A stretch of 56,327 nt of DNA from a virus (lineage: Duplodnaviria > Caudoviricetes): IMG/VR virus record IMGVR_UViG_3300030090_002290, positions 1-56,327 of that record. One strand, given 5' to 3'. A program made the translations under genes and the position numbers. Numbering within the stretch: the stretch's first letter is position 1; each line of letters starts with the position of its first letter. The notes beneath the pieces were generated by a model. That model did not search any database. It was given only the letters and a program-made list of their open reading frames with translations, and was not told the origin of the DNA. Positions 46,634 through 54,143 of this stretch are shown piece by piece.

Positions 46634-46696
46634 GACACCTCCTGTGTCTTGTGGCAGGTTGAAGGACCCATAGCTAGTTGCCACGGACTAGCTATG
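46634..46696 (-). promoter_or_regulatory. Ubl leader: H-type pseudoknot plus SD-containing GGA hairpin
   Basis: CATAGCTAGT/ACTAGCTATG stem; loop GTGGCA pairs with TGCCAC; GACAC-AGGAG-GTGTC hairpin. Confidence 0.6.
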
Positions 46697-46912
46697 AATG
46701 TTTTGGTTTAGAAATAATCTTGCATCTTTTAGAGCATCTTTCATGTCATTGGTCATTTCTTTTTCAGGTATATCTGCCATGGTTTGCATGACTACATCAG
46801 ACAGTCTAACGATTGCTTTCTTTTTTATTTCTTCAGAACGAATGAGTTGTGAGTTAGATATATCCAACTTACGATTAAAATAGTCCAGCATAAATTCAAA
46901 CGGTTTGTTCAT
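46688..46912 (-). CDS. Hypothetical protein
   Basis: ORF track; RBS AGGA. Confidence 0.6.
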   Translation of the reverse strand: MNKPFEFMLDYFNRKLDISNSQLIRSEEIKKKAIVRLSDVVMQTMADIPEKEMTNDMKDALKDARLFLNQNIHS

Positions 46913-46920
46913 AATTAATC

Positions 46921-47085
46921 CTATATCTTATGAGCACGTTGTCTTTTCGCTACTAATGACACAACATTAGCTGCTACAGGGATATGTTTCTGTATGTCAG
47001 AGAACGCTACGTTTTCAACGCTTAGGTGTTCGCACTTTCCATTTAGTTTAAACACTACTTCAATGTTGAATAGTCCTCTTTCCAT
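46921..47085 (-). CDS. Small hypothetical protein (54 aa, MERGLFNIEV...)
   Basis: Read manually; RBS GAGGGAG. Confidence 0.55.
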   Translation of the reverse strand: MERGLFNIEVVFKLNGKCEHLSVENVAFSDIQKHIPVAANVVSLVAKRQRAHKI

Positions 47086-47287
47086 GTTCATCTCCCTCGT
47101 TTACAGTATGGAACTGCCCCGTTGCTGACCACAGGTGGGGCTGACCTGTAGAACGAGTGACTAGCTCGCTCTGAGAACTAAGAATTTGGAGCGTTTCAGT
47201 CCAAAACTTTCTTGACCACGTCCTCAAGTTTCTTTGGTCTAGTATTTTCTTTACGTTTTCTATCCGTCGCTGATTATTAAAAGTCAT
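47060..47287 (-). CDS. Hypothetical protein
   Basis: ORF track. Confidence 0.55.
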   Translation of the reverse strand: MTFNNQRRIENVKKILDQRNLRTWSRKFWTETLQILSSQSELVTRSTGQPHLWSATGQFHTVNEGDEHGKRTIQH

Positions 47288-47642
47288 AGCTCTGTTTCTC
47301 CCAGTGTTCGTATGCTTCCTCTGGTGTTACGAAGGTTATTAACCTTTTCAGATAGTCTAAATGTATCCAAGGTGAAGTTAATTCACCAGTGTCTATGATT
47401 GTACCGAGGCACAACGCTTTGCCTGGCACAGGATCTGCTTTGTGTTCAAGCACGAAGAAACTTTGTCCTTCGTTGTATAGGCCTTCGTCTTCAACGAATA
47501 ACGTATCCCACTGACTGTTGAATACCACACCTTCTACTCGCTCGAACCCTAATAGATTCTTTATGTCTTCTAACGAAGGGTTCTCTGGTGCAAGTACACT
47601 GTCAATGGTTCTTTGACTAGGGTCTATCAGGAATGCTTTCAC
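47277..47642 (-). CDS. DUF3846-like protein
   Basis: MKAFLIDP...LFVEDEGL...GKAL pattern. Confidence 0.6.
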   Translation of the reverse strand: MKAFLIDPSQRTIDSVLAPENPSLEDIKNLLGFERVEGVVFNSQWDTLFVEDEGLYNEGQSFFVLEHKADPVPGKALCLGTIIDTGELTSPWIHLDYLKRLITFVTPEEAYEHWEKQSYDF

Positions 47643-47833
47643 TTCTTGTCTCCCTCTGGATTTAACACAATCTTTTCTTTGTGAAATCCTGGTCTGTTTC
47701 TACTGGTTAAACCAAACAGTTTTGTTTTTTCGCTGAGTGGTCGTTCAGTACTGAGTCCACCAGGGATCCGTTTTATTTTGCCGCCTTTCTTTAAGAAAGC
47801 CTTGATGTCTTTGTCGATGTCGTCAGAGTTCAT
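47639..47833 (-). CDS. Small protein with FLKKGGKI motif (SutA-like RNAP-binding motif possible)
   Basis: I.AFL..GGKI..IP.G.S pattern. Confidence 0.5.
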   Translation of the reverse strand: MNSDDIDKDIKAFLKKGGKIKRIPGGLSTERPLSEKTKLFGLTSRNRPGFHKEKIVLNPEGDKK

Positions 47834-48020
47834 ATTGTCCTTCCTCTTCTTTCTTTACTAGCATGGCTAGCATTTGAGTACGACTTAACTGTATACCAAG
47901 TTCGGCTTCTTTTTTATTCCTTAATGCATCGAACCTAGCTATCAATTCTGCTCCCACTGTAAAGCCGTAGTAGTGAACGTCATCGTTTGTTCTTGGGCGT
48001 CCCGGTCTATTTCTAGGCAT
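47823..48020 (-). CDS. Small putative DNA-binding protein (AT-hook-like GRPR, possible RHH)
   Basis: MPRNRPGRPRT...LSRTQML; probable start 48020. Confidence 0.5.
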   Translation of the reverse strand: MPRNRPGRPRTNDDVHYYGFTVGAELIARFDALRNKKEAELGIQLSRTQMLAMLVKKEEEGQYEL

Positions 48021-48237
48021 TTTTAGTCTCCATCCATTGTCTAAGATCATCGGTATCCGGGGCACATCGTAAGAACTTTTCCAATGCCCCCCAGCTATCG
48101 CATGTGAATTTAACAACTACTAAGTTGTCTCCTGAAGTTCCTCCTCGTGGGTCATACAACACTTCTGCTTTATCCAATGCATCGATTGCCTGGTCGATGT
48201 TCTGGAAGTCATCCATGTTTAAGTATAGTCCTGACAT
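48013..48237 (-). CDS. Hypothetical protein
   Basis: RBS AAGGAGG before MSGLYL. Confidence 0.6.
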   Translation of the reverse strand: MSGLYLNMDDFQNIDQAIDALDKAEVLYDPRGGTSGDNLVVVKFTCDSWGALEKFLRCAPDTDDLRQWMETKNA

Positions 48238-48392
48238 TCTCAGCCTCCTTTGTTGATGGGATATGTAGGTGCACAGTTCCCCAGCTGGAAGAACCATGCT
48301 CCGTTGTAAGTATGATACGTCGGGTGGCTCCTGCATCGTGTTACTACAGGACGCCTATTTATTTGTACGGCACAACGATTCCCCCTCCGGGG

Positions 48393-48436
48393 AAAAAAAT
48401 AGAGACTCTCAACAACCTAAGTCGTCGAGAGTCTCT
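48393..48436 (-). terminator. Rho-independent terminator
   Basis: AGAGACTCTCGACGAC-TTAG-GTTGTTGAGAGTCTCT then ATTTTTTT. Confidence 0.8.
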
Positions 48437-48451
48437 TTGGGCTAGAAGAGC

Positions 48452-49054
48452 CTACATGCCACGTTGATCTTTCATACGTCGAAGATTCTCCAGAACGTTG
48501 GACGGCTTCGCTGCATTGAGCTGCTCTGCTATCTCGTTCATATGGATCTCTGCATCACCGTATGTGTCTGCTCCGTGGATGTTCACCCACTCCCCACTAT
48601 CGTTCTTGGATGATGGGTTAAAGAAGCGGAACTCCCAATCCCATGTGATGTTTTGCTCTGGATCAAAGTTCATCATCATGGAAGTGAGTATGTATAGCTC
48701 GTCATACTCTTTGGTGATCTGCTCTACGACATGCTCGGCTTCCATGCTGAACCCGAACTCCTCGACGATCTCTGCTGCAGGGTCAACACCATAGATGGGA
48801 GACTCTGCATCCAGTGCCTTGCGATAACGCCTGGCTAACCAGCAGCTACGATCCATCAGCGTCTGGCAGAAGCTCAAGAACTGGATCGGCTTATACACCG
48901 GCTCGTCTTCGAATCCTGTCGAGAAAGCCTCGATGATCTTGTCGTCCAGCTCACCGCCGAACTTGTCGATGTATCGAGCGACGTTACCGAAGTAACCCTT
49001 GCTCTCTTTTGCAGTCAGTCTTTCGAACGCAACGTTTACGAATTGATAGGTCAT
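48452..49054 (-). CDS. Early hypothetical acidic protein (200 aa)
   Basis: RBS AGGAGG before MTYQFV; own terminator. Confidence 0.7.
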   Translation of the reverse strand: MTYQFVNVAFERLTAKESKGYFGNVARYIDKFGGELDDKIIEAFSTGFEDEPVYKPIQFLSFCQTLMDRSCWLARRYRKALDAESPIYGVDPAAEIVEEFGFSMEAEHVVEQITKEYDELYILTSMMMNFDPEQNITWDWEFRFFNPSSKNDSGEWVNIHGADTYGDAEIHMNEIAEQLNAAKPSNVLENLRRMKDQRGM

Positions 49055-49192
49055 GTTTTGGTACCTCCTGTACCTGTAGTTAAATAAATGTTTGGGTGTA
49101 GACTTCCACAATCGGCAGCCCACCCAAACAAAACCGACAATTATGCCCGACTTTGGAGGGCAAGCATGTCGTATCTAAGCTGATCTTTTAAA

Positions 49193-49336
49193 CTAATCAG
49201 CGTCGAATATGAATACCTGGTCAAACCATTTTGTGTCAGATACCTGCTCATCGTTGTCGAAGTATGCATGAGTATCTTCCTCGGGGGCAAACCAAGTTGA
49301 ATCATTAAAGTCTAGTTCCTGATGGTCATCTGTCAT
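49193..49336 (-). CDS. Small very acidic early protein (47 aa)
   Basis: Read manually: MTDDHQELDFNDSTWFAPEEDTHAYFDNDEQVSDTKWFDQVFIFDAD; RBS GAGGAG. Confidence 0.6.
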   Translation of the reverse strand: MTDDHQELDFNDSTWFAPEEDTHAYFDNDEQVSDTKWFDQVFIFDAD

Positions 49337-49451
49337 ATTGACTCCTCGATAGTCTTTTGTCTAAGGTTCTTTGCTTAGTTTTACGAATCTTTTTATTGAC
49401 TCGTTTCTCTCCCAAGCTGAGAGTTTCAACGTTATATCTAATCTCTCTCAT
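49326..49451 (-). CDS. Small basic early protein (41 aa)
   Basis: Read manually; RBS AAGGAG. Confidence 0.45.
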   Translation of the reverse strand: MREIRYNVETLSLGEKRVNKKIRKTKQRTLDKRLSRSQYDR

Positions 49452-49605
49452 CTCCACTCCTTCGTAGTCGAAACCAGATAACGGCAGATCCTACCAGTAG
49501 TAAGACCGTGCCTATGTAGAAAGCTGCTGTTAAAACACCAGCTAGTAGGGGTAGTAACAGTATTGAAACTGCTACTACAGTGATAAACACAAGGGCTTGT
49601 TTCAT
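49438..49605 (-). CDS. Small membrane protein (55 aa)
   Basis: Read manually; two hydrophobic segments; ATGA overlap. Confidence 0.55.
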   Translation of the reverse strand: MKQALVFITVVAVSILLLPLLAGVLTAAFYIGTVLLLVGSAVIWFRLRRSGDERD

Positions 49606-49862
49606 GATCGTCTCTTCTCCCTGTTGTCAGTTAGTTTAGCTGCTCCGAATGTCGTACCAATAAGTAGCATGATGGGTAATACAAACATCCCAAGTACTTT
49701 AACTATTGATACGAACATGTCGTAAGCATTTGTGATCTCCACGTATGGGTCATGACTCATGAGAGACACGCCCATTAGTAAGGTTGCAGCAGCCATTAGC
49801 CAAATGCCTGCAAGTAAGGTTAAGACGCCAAGGTCTATGTAAGAGTATCTATTTAGTCTCAT
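49602..49862 (-). CDS. Membrane protein (2 TM)
   Basis: Probable start MRLNRY. Confidence 0.6.
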   Translation of the reverse strand: MRLNRYSYIDLGVLTLLAGIWLMAAATLLMGVSLMSHDPYVEITNAYDMFVSIVKVLGMFVLPIMLLIGTTFGAAKLTDNREKRRS

Positions 49863-50067
49863 GTCGGTCTCCGAAAGTTTGTTTAAGCCAGTCGATATGC
49901 TTCGCAATATCTATAAGTGTTGGCCAAGTAGTGTTGTCATGTGCCATCAACTTCAATACATCTTGAATGGTTGAGGCGGATTGTCCTACCCGTAACCATG
50001 TACGGATACGAGTAGGGGTTAGGTAGTAATACGCAATGATGAATGCGTAACGTAGTCTTGTGGTCAT
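49849..50067 (-). CDS. Hypothetical protein
   Basis: RBS AAGGAGG. Confidence 0.55.
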   Translation of the reverse strand: MTTRLRYAFIIAYYYLTPTRIRTWLRVGQSASTIQDVLKLMAHDNTTWPTLIDIAKHIDWLKQTFGDRHETK

Positions 50068-50087
50068 GTTGCCCTCCTTAGGCAGAT

Positions 50088-50404
50088 TGTGTGTCAGATA
50101 TGGGCATGTGTGTCAGATTCTTCAGCCTGTGTGTCAGATTGTGTGACAGGTAAAAAAGTATCTAAGTCATTGATCCATAAATGAATAGTTAAATGTGTGT
50201 CATGTGTGTCAGGTAATTTAAGGTTCTCTAAAAAAGAACTGTTAATCTTTGTTTAAGGTCTAGTGTAAAACAAAGGTAGGTTTTACCTGGCACACATGGC
50301 ACACAAGGTTAAGATGTAAGCAATTGTTTAAGGAAATCAAATGCTTAGGTGTGTGTCATGTTTGGAGATAGTAGCTGGCACACACGTGGCACACACGGCA
50401 CACG
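50088..50404. repeat. Candidate replication origin with iterated TGTG(T/C)CA motifs in inverted arrangement
   Basis: About a dozen GTGTCA/TGGCACAC copies; 23-bp inverted pair 50194-50216 / 50283-50305 around an AT-rich core. Confidence 0.6.
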
Positions 50405-50476
50405 CATGGCGTTGGGTTGAGGGCGAAGAGCACCTCGTCAAGGCACTGGGGCACTACGCACCCTGGCCCTTGGGAG

Positions 50477-50502
50477 AAAAAAAGGAGGCCCGAAGGCCCC
50501 CT
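50477..50502 (-). terminator. Rho-independent terminator
   Basis: AGGGGGCC-TTCG-GGCCTCCT then TTTTTT on the minus strand. Confidence 0.8.
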
Positions 50503-50508
50503 AATCGC

Positions 50509-50790
50509 TTAGTAGCGGTGATTGATGTATGCATCTGCATCTACGAGTGCTGATACTGCTGTTGCGTCTTCGATGGATTCGATTGAGTCGTCCATGTCCA
50601 TTACCATGAGGGTGATGAGACCTACCATGATGTCGGATGGATTGTCCTTGGCGTACTGAAGGGCTTGTTTGCCGTATTTCTTCGCGTTGTCCATGTTGAT
50701 GTCGGGCATGTTGCCTGCAGTATTGACTACTGTTTCGATGGCCTTGCCGGTTAGTACGTTTGCTTTTGCTTTTAGTTCTTCGAATTTCAT
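50509..50790 (-). CDS. Early hypothetical protein
   Basis: RBS AAGGAG. Confidence 0.7.
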   Translation of the reverse strand: MKFEELKAKANVLTGKAIETVVNTAGNMPDINMDNAKKYGKQALQYAKDNPSDIMVGLITLMVMDMDDSIESIEDATAVSALVDADAYINHRY

Positions 50791-50793
50791 CGG

Positions 50794-50973
50794 TTATTCT
50801 CCTTCACACATGTAGATGTTGTTCATTGGATTGTGGACACAGTGTAGATTGGCCGGGATGTCTTGTGACTGAAGCTCCGTTTGTAGGATGACTTCTGCGA
50901 AGACTGATCCAATCATCAGAACCGCCATAATGATGACGGGGATTGCTATTTTGTTAGGTACTAAGTCGTTCAT
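50794..50973 (-). CDS. Small early membrane protein (59 aa)
   Basis: Read manually; RBS GGAG; one TM. Confidence 0.55.
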   Translation of the reverse strand: MNDLVPNKIAIPVIIMAVLMIGSVFAEVILQTELQSQDIPANLHCVHNPMNNIYMCEGE

Positions 50974-50987
50974 ATGTTTCTCCGTTG

Positions 50988-51176
50988 TTAAATTAGTTTG
51001 CCGTCTGAAGTTCGTAGAGCTTGTTCATGCTCTCTCATCTCGAATTCGTCGAACATGTCTTGGACTGCTCGGTTGGATACGATTTCCTGGATGTAAGGGA
51101 CCAAGGCCAGTAGCTCTTCCGATGAAAGAAGAGCCAGTGTGATTGGTTGATATTGCGTGTTGTATGTCAGTTTCAT
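50988..51176 (-). CDS. Early hypothetical protein
   Basis: RBS AGGAG. Confidence 0.6.
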   Translation of the reverse strand: MKLTYNTQYQPITLALLSSEELLALVPYIQEIVSNRAVQDMFDEFEMREHEQALRTSDGKLI

Positions 51177-51179
51177 GCA

Positions 51180-51497
51180 TTACTCTCCTGAGTAGATTGA
51201 AGTTATGGTCTGGATTGCTGTTGGAGCAGCGGCGATTGCCTTTCCGGAGTAGACAGCGTGGATCTTCTGGAAGATATTGCTTGTCTTGGGAGCAGGCTTG
51301 GATTTGGAAGGAAGCTTGGTCCAATGTCGGACGTCGATCTTCCCTCGTTTTTTGATAGCCATCAGTCGGCTTCGGGCGTCGGTCGGGTTGTGGCACTCGT
51401 TGTTCCAGCGGTAACGATTACCGGAGGAAGAGAGTACATATACCTGAAGGGGGTTGAGTTTGCCAAGGCCAACTGTTAGTACGTTTGCGTATGCCAT
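51180..51497 (-). CDS. First early gene, basic hypothetical protein
   Basis: RBS AAGGAG. Confidence 0.65.
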   Translation of the reverse strand: MAYANVLTVGLGKLNPLQVYVLSSSGNRYRWNNECHNPTDARSRLMAIKKRGKIDVRHWTKLPSKSKPAPKTSNIFQKIHAVYSGKAIAAAPTAIQTITSIYSGE

Positions 51498-51746
51498 CGT
51501 TTTATCTCCTTTTGTTTAATGACACAAATACCACCGACTCTTAGGCCGACCTTGGAGGCCGTTGCTTAGGTTAGAAGGATGATTTTGAATACAAGGTTCC
51601 TGTTTCTAATTCGAAAACAAGGTTCCAGTCTGGGATTCCGGGGATGGGGGGAATGCAGTCTGTAACCGGGGAGATAGTGCCTCAGCGATTCTGAAGTGTT
51701 TTTTCAAAAAAATTTCTGTAAAAAATTTTCGGCAAAAATTTGCCCC

Positions 51747-51775
51747 TTGTGATTGGCTACCACAAGCTATACTAT
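51747..51775 (+). promoter_or_regulatory. Sigma70-like promoter for packaging operon
   Basis: TTGTGA-17 bp-TACTAT, 6 nt before ATG 51782. Confidence 0.6.
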
Positions 51776-51781
51776 TCCGCA

Positions 51782-52033
51782 ATGAGTTATACCAAGATGT
51801 TGTCCATTGATGGCCTGGAATACGCAATACTCGGCACAGGTCACAGAGGCGAAGGCCCCGAAGTATTAGTCTATGATGGTTACAAAGTTGAAGAGATATG
51901 TTCTTTAGAAGAGTACCGAGAAGAATTAGAGGGTGCAGGGTTATTACACATGGCACCCATATTCGTTTACTTAGACGACACTGTACGTGACGAAATTGGC
52001 AGAAGCAGAAAACAAGAGCGAACCATCCACTGA
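51782..52033 (+). CDS. Hypothetical protein preceding terminase
   Basis: DG.E.AILG...LVYD...APIFV pattern; probable start MSYTK. Confidence 0.65.
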   Translation: MSYTKMLSIDGLEYAILGTGHRGEGPEVLVYDGYKVEEICSLEEYREELEGAGLLHMAPIFVYLDDTVRDEIGRSRKQERTIH

Positions 52034-52505
52034 CGTACTGGAGTTCCAATCTCATATGCCCTACATGGGCTTGAGTTTAGGGGACTTAACAGTACAACAA
52101 GAAAAACTGGTTATGCTGGTTTTGAGCGGCATGAGTATCGCTGCTGCTGGTAGGGGCGCAGGCTATTCCAATACAAACGCTGTATATGACGCAATTAAGC
52201 GTCCGAAGGTCGCCCAGGCCTTAGAATACTTCCGTGAACAAATGCGAGAGGACGTTAAGTTCACCCGCTCGAACGCTCACCTTATGTATATGGACGCTTA
52301 CCAAGCATCCGCGACGGCTACCGAGATGAAGAACACTGTCGATAGTTTAGTCAAACTGCATGGGCTAGGAACCCCCGACAACGCAACACAGGTTAATATC
52401 AATATAGATACCACCCCCAAACAGTTAGAAAGAATGTCTGACGAAGAACTATTAAAAATTGCTGGCAAGGACGCTGAATATTTAGAACCTACGTCAGATG
52501 GCTGA
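51987..52505 (+). CDS. terS: Terminase small subunit
   Basis: LT.QQEK...AAGRGAGYS HTH; KLHGL; MSDEELLK; precedes TerL. Confidence 0.8.
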   Translation: MTKLAEAENKSEPSTDVLEFQSHMPYMGLSLGDLTVQQEKLVMLVLSGMSIAAAGRGAGYSNTNAVYDAIKRPKVAQALEYFREQMREDVKFTRSNAHLMYMDAYQASATATEMKNTVDSLVKLHGLGTPDNATQVNINIDTTPKQLERMSDEELLKIAGKDAEYLEPTSDG

Positions 52506-54141
52506 AGTAGCCCAGATCCAATGCAAGCGTTGTAAGAACCTTCACCCCGAAACATTATATTCAGGGAAGGATGGTTTCTGTGTATACTGCAAGGCAGATG
52601 AAGCAGAGTCTATTCCTGCACCTGCATCACCCGTGGTAGAAGAAGCACCACAACAAACAGTAGAAGAAAAAGCACGAGCCGAGTTAGCTTTACGGTTTTT
52701 AACCCGCAAGAGGCTGCTGCCTTTTGTGGAAAGATTTAACGCAGATTATCAAGCAGGATGGGTACATAAAGATGTTTGCAAAAGACTTGAAGAATTTAGT
52801 AAAAGAGTTGTGGCGAAAGAGTCGCCTCGACTTATGCTATTCCTACCTCCGAGACACGGTAAATCGACTCTCGCTTCAGTGGCGTTCCCAGCATGGCACC
52901 TTGGGCGTAATCCCCAACATGAATTTATTTCTTGTTCGTATTCAGGGTCACTGGCTATGGGATTTAGCCGTAAGGTACGCGGACTCCTTAGGGAGCCAAC
53001 CTATAAGACTGCATTTGAAACTAGGCTCGATCCTGAATCTCAGTCAGCGGAAGCTTGGCTTACTACTAATGGCGGCGGGTTTGTTGCTGCTGGTGTGGGT
53101 GGTGGTATTACTGGTAAAGGTGCTCATATACTTGTCATCGATGATCCTGTAAAAAACCGTGAAGATGCTGAAAGCCAGAATAACCGTGATGCTAACTGGG
53201 ATTGGTATACGTCTACGGCGTATACGAGACTCGCTCCCGGTGGCGGTGTATTGGTTATTCTTACTCGTTGGCATGATGATGATCTCGCAGGCAGGTTATT
53301 AAAAGCCACTACTGAAGGCGGCGATGAATGGGAAGTAGTTCGATACCCTGCTATTGCCGAAGAACCAGAAGAATTTAGAAAAGAAGGCGAAGCCCTTCAC
53401 CCTGAACGCTACAGCTCCGAGTCCCTAGACCGTATACGAAAGGCGGTTGGCCCTAGAGATTGGTCAGCGTTATACCAGCAAAACCCTGTGGCAGATGACG
53501 GTGAATACTTTACCAGAGACATGATTCAGTACTACGACCCTGAAGATGTTGATATGGATGAGATGCGTTACTACTGTGCGTGGGACTTAGCCATCGGTAA
53601 AAACGACAGAAACGACTATTCAGTAGGCATGGTTATTGGCGTTAACGAGTGGGACGAACTGTTCATTGTTGACGTGGTTCGTGGTAGATTTGACGGTTTT
53701 GAGATCGTTGAACGGATACTAGACCTTTACGAAGAGTGGAAACCTTCGATGATCGGCATAGAAAAAGGACACATTGAAATGGCTCTAGGGCCATTTCTTG
53801 AAAAACGTGTACGAGAAAGAGGGCTTTATGAGGCTTACATAAAAGACCTCCGTACCGGAAGGAGAGACAAAGAAGCCAGAGCAAGGGCCATTCAGGGAAG
53901 GATGCAGCAAGGCATGGTTTACTTCCCAAGGGATGCGATATTTACCGGGCCGCTGGTAGCTGAATTACTGCGGTTCCCCGGCGGTGTTCACGATGACCAA
54001 GTGGATGCTTTGGCATGGTTAGGTTTGATGATGACTGAGTTTGCGACTTATCAAGCGCCCGTTATCAGAGAACCCTCATGGAGAGACAGGTTAGACTATT
54101 TAACGGCCACTCCTAAAAATAAATCTGCAATGAGCGCGTAA
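52498..54141 (+). CDS. terL: Terminase large subunit
   Basis: PPRHGKS, ITGKGA..LVIDDPVK, TRWH.DDL, WDLA, HDDQVDA. Confidence 0.95.
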   Translation: MAEVAQIQCKRCKNLHPETLYSGKDGFCVYCKADEAESIPAPASPVVEEAPQQTVEEKARAELALRFLTRKRLLPFVERFNADYQAGWVHKDVCKRLEEFSKRVVAKESPRLMLFLPPRHGKSTLASVAFPAWHLGRNPQHEFISCSYSGSLAMGFSRKVRGLLREPTYKTAFETRLDPESQSAEAWLTTNGGGFVAAGVGGGITGKGAHILVIDDPVKNREDAESQNNRDANWDWYTSTAYTRLAPGGGVLVILTRWHDDDLAGRLLKATTEGGDEWEVVRYPAIAEEPEEFRKEGEALHPERYSSESLDRIRKAVGPRDWSALYQQNPVADDGEYFTRDMIQYYDPEDVDMDEMRYYCAWDLAIGKNDRNDYSVGMVIGVNEWDELFIVDVVRGRFDGFEIVERILDLYEEWKPSMIGIEKGHIEMALGPFLEKRVRERGLYEAYIKDLRTGRRDKEARARAIQGRMQQGMVYFPRDAIFTGPLVAELLRFPGGVHDDQVDALAWLGLMMTEFATYQAPVIREPSWRDRLDYLTATPKNKSAMSA

Positions 54142-54143
54142 CT

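Noticed and set aside
46337-46711. 124-aa plus-strand ORF, and the upstream extensions of E1 (to 46360) and Ubl (to 46684)
   Set aside because: The ORF is antisense to the Ubl. The extensions run through RNA hairpins, and strong SD sites support starts at 46201 and 46630
50088-50404. CRISPR or mini-array
   Set aside because: Repeats are 7-11 bp, irregularly spaced and in both orientations, with no spacer periodicity
51606-52055. 149-aa minus-strand ORF
   Set aside because: Antisense to the packaging genes and runs through the promoter and A/T-tract region
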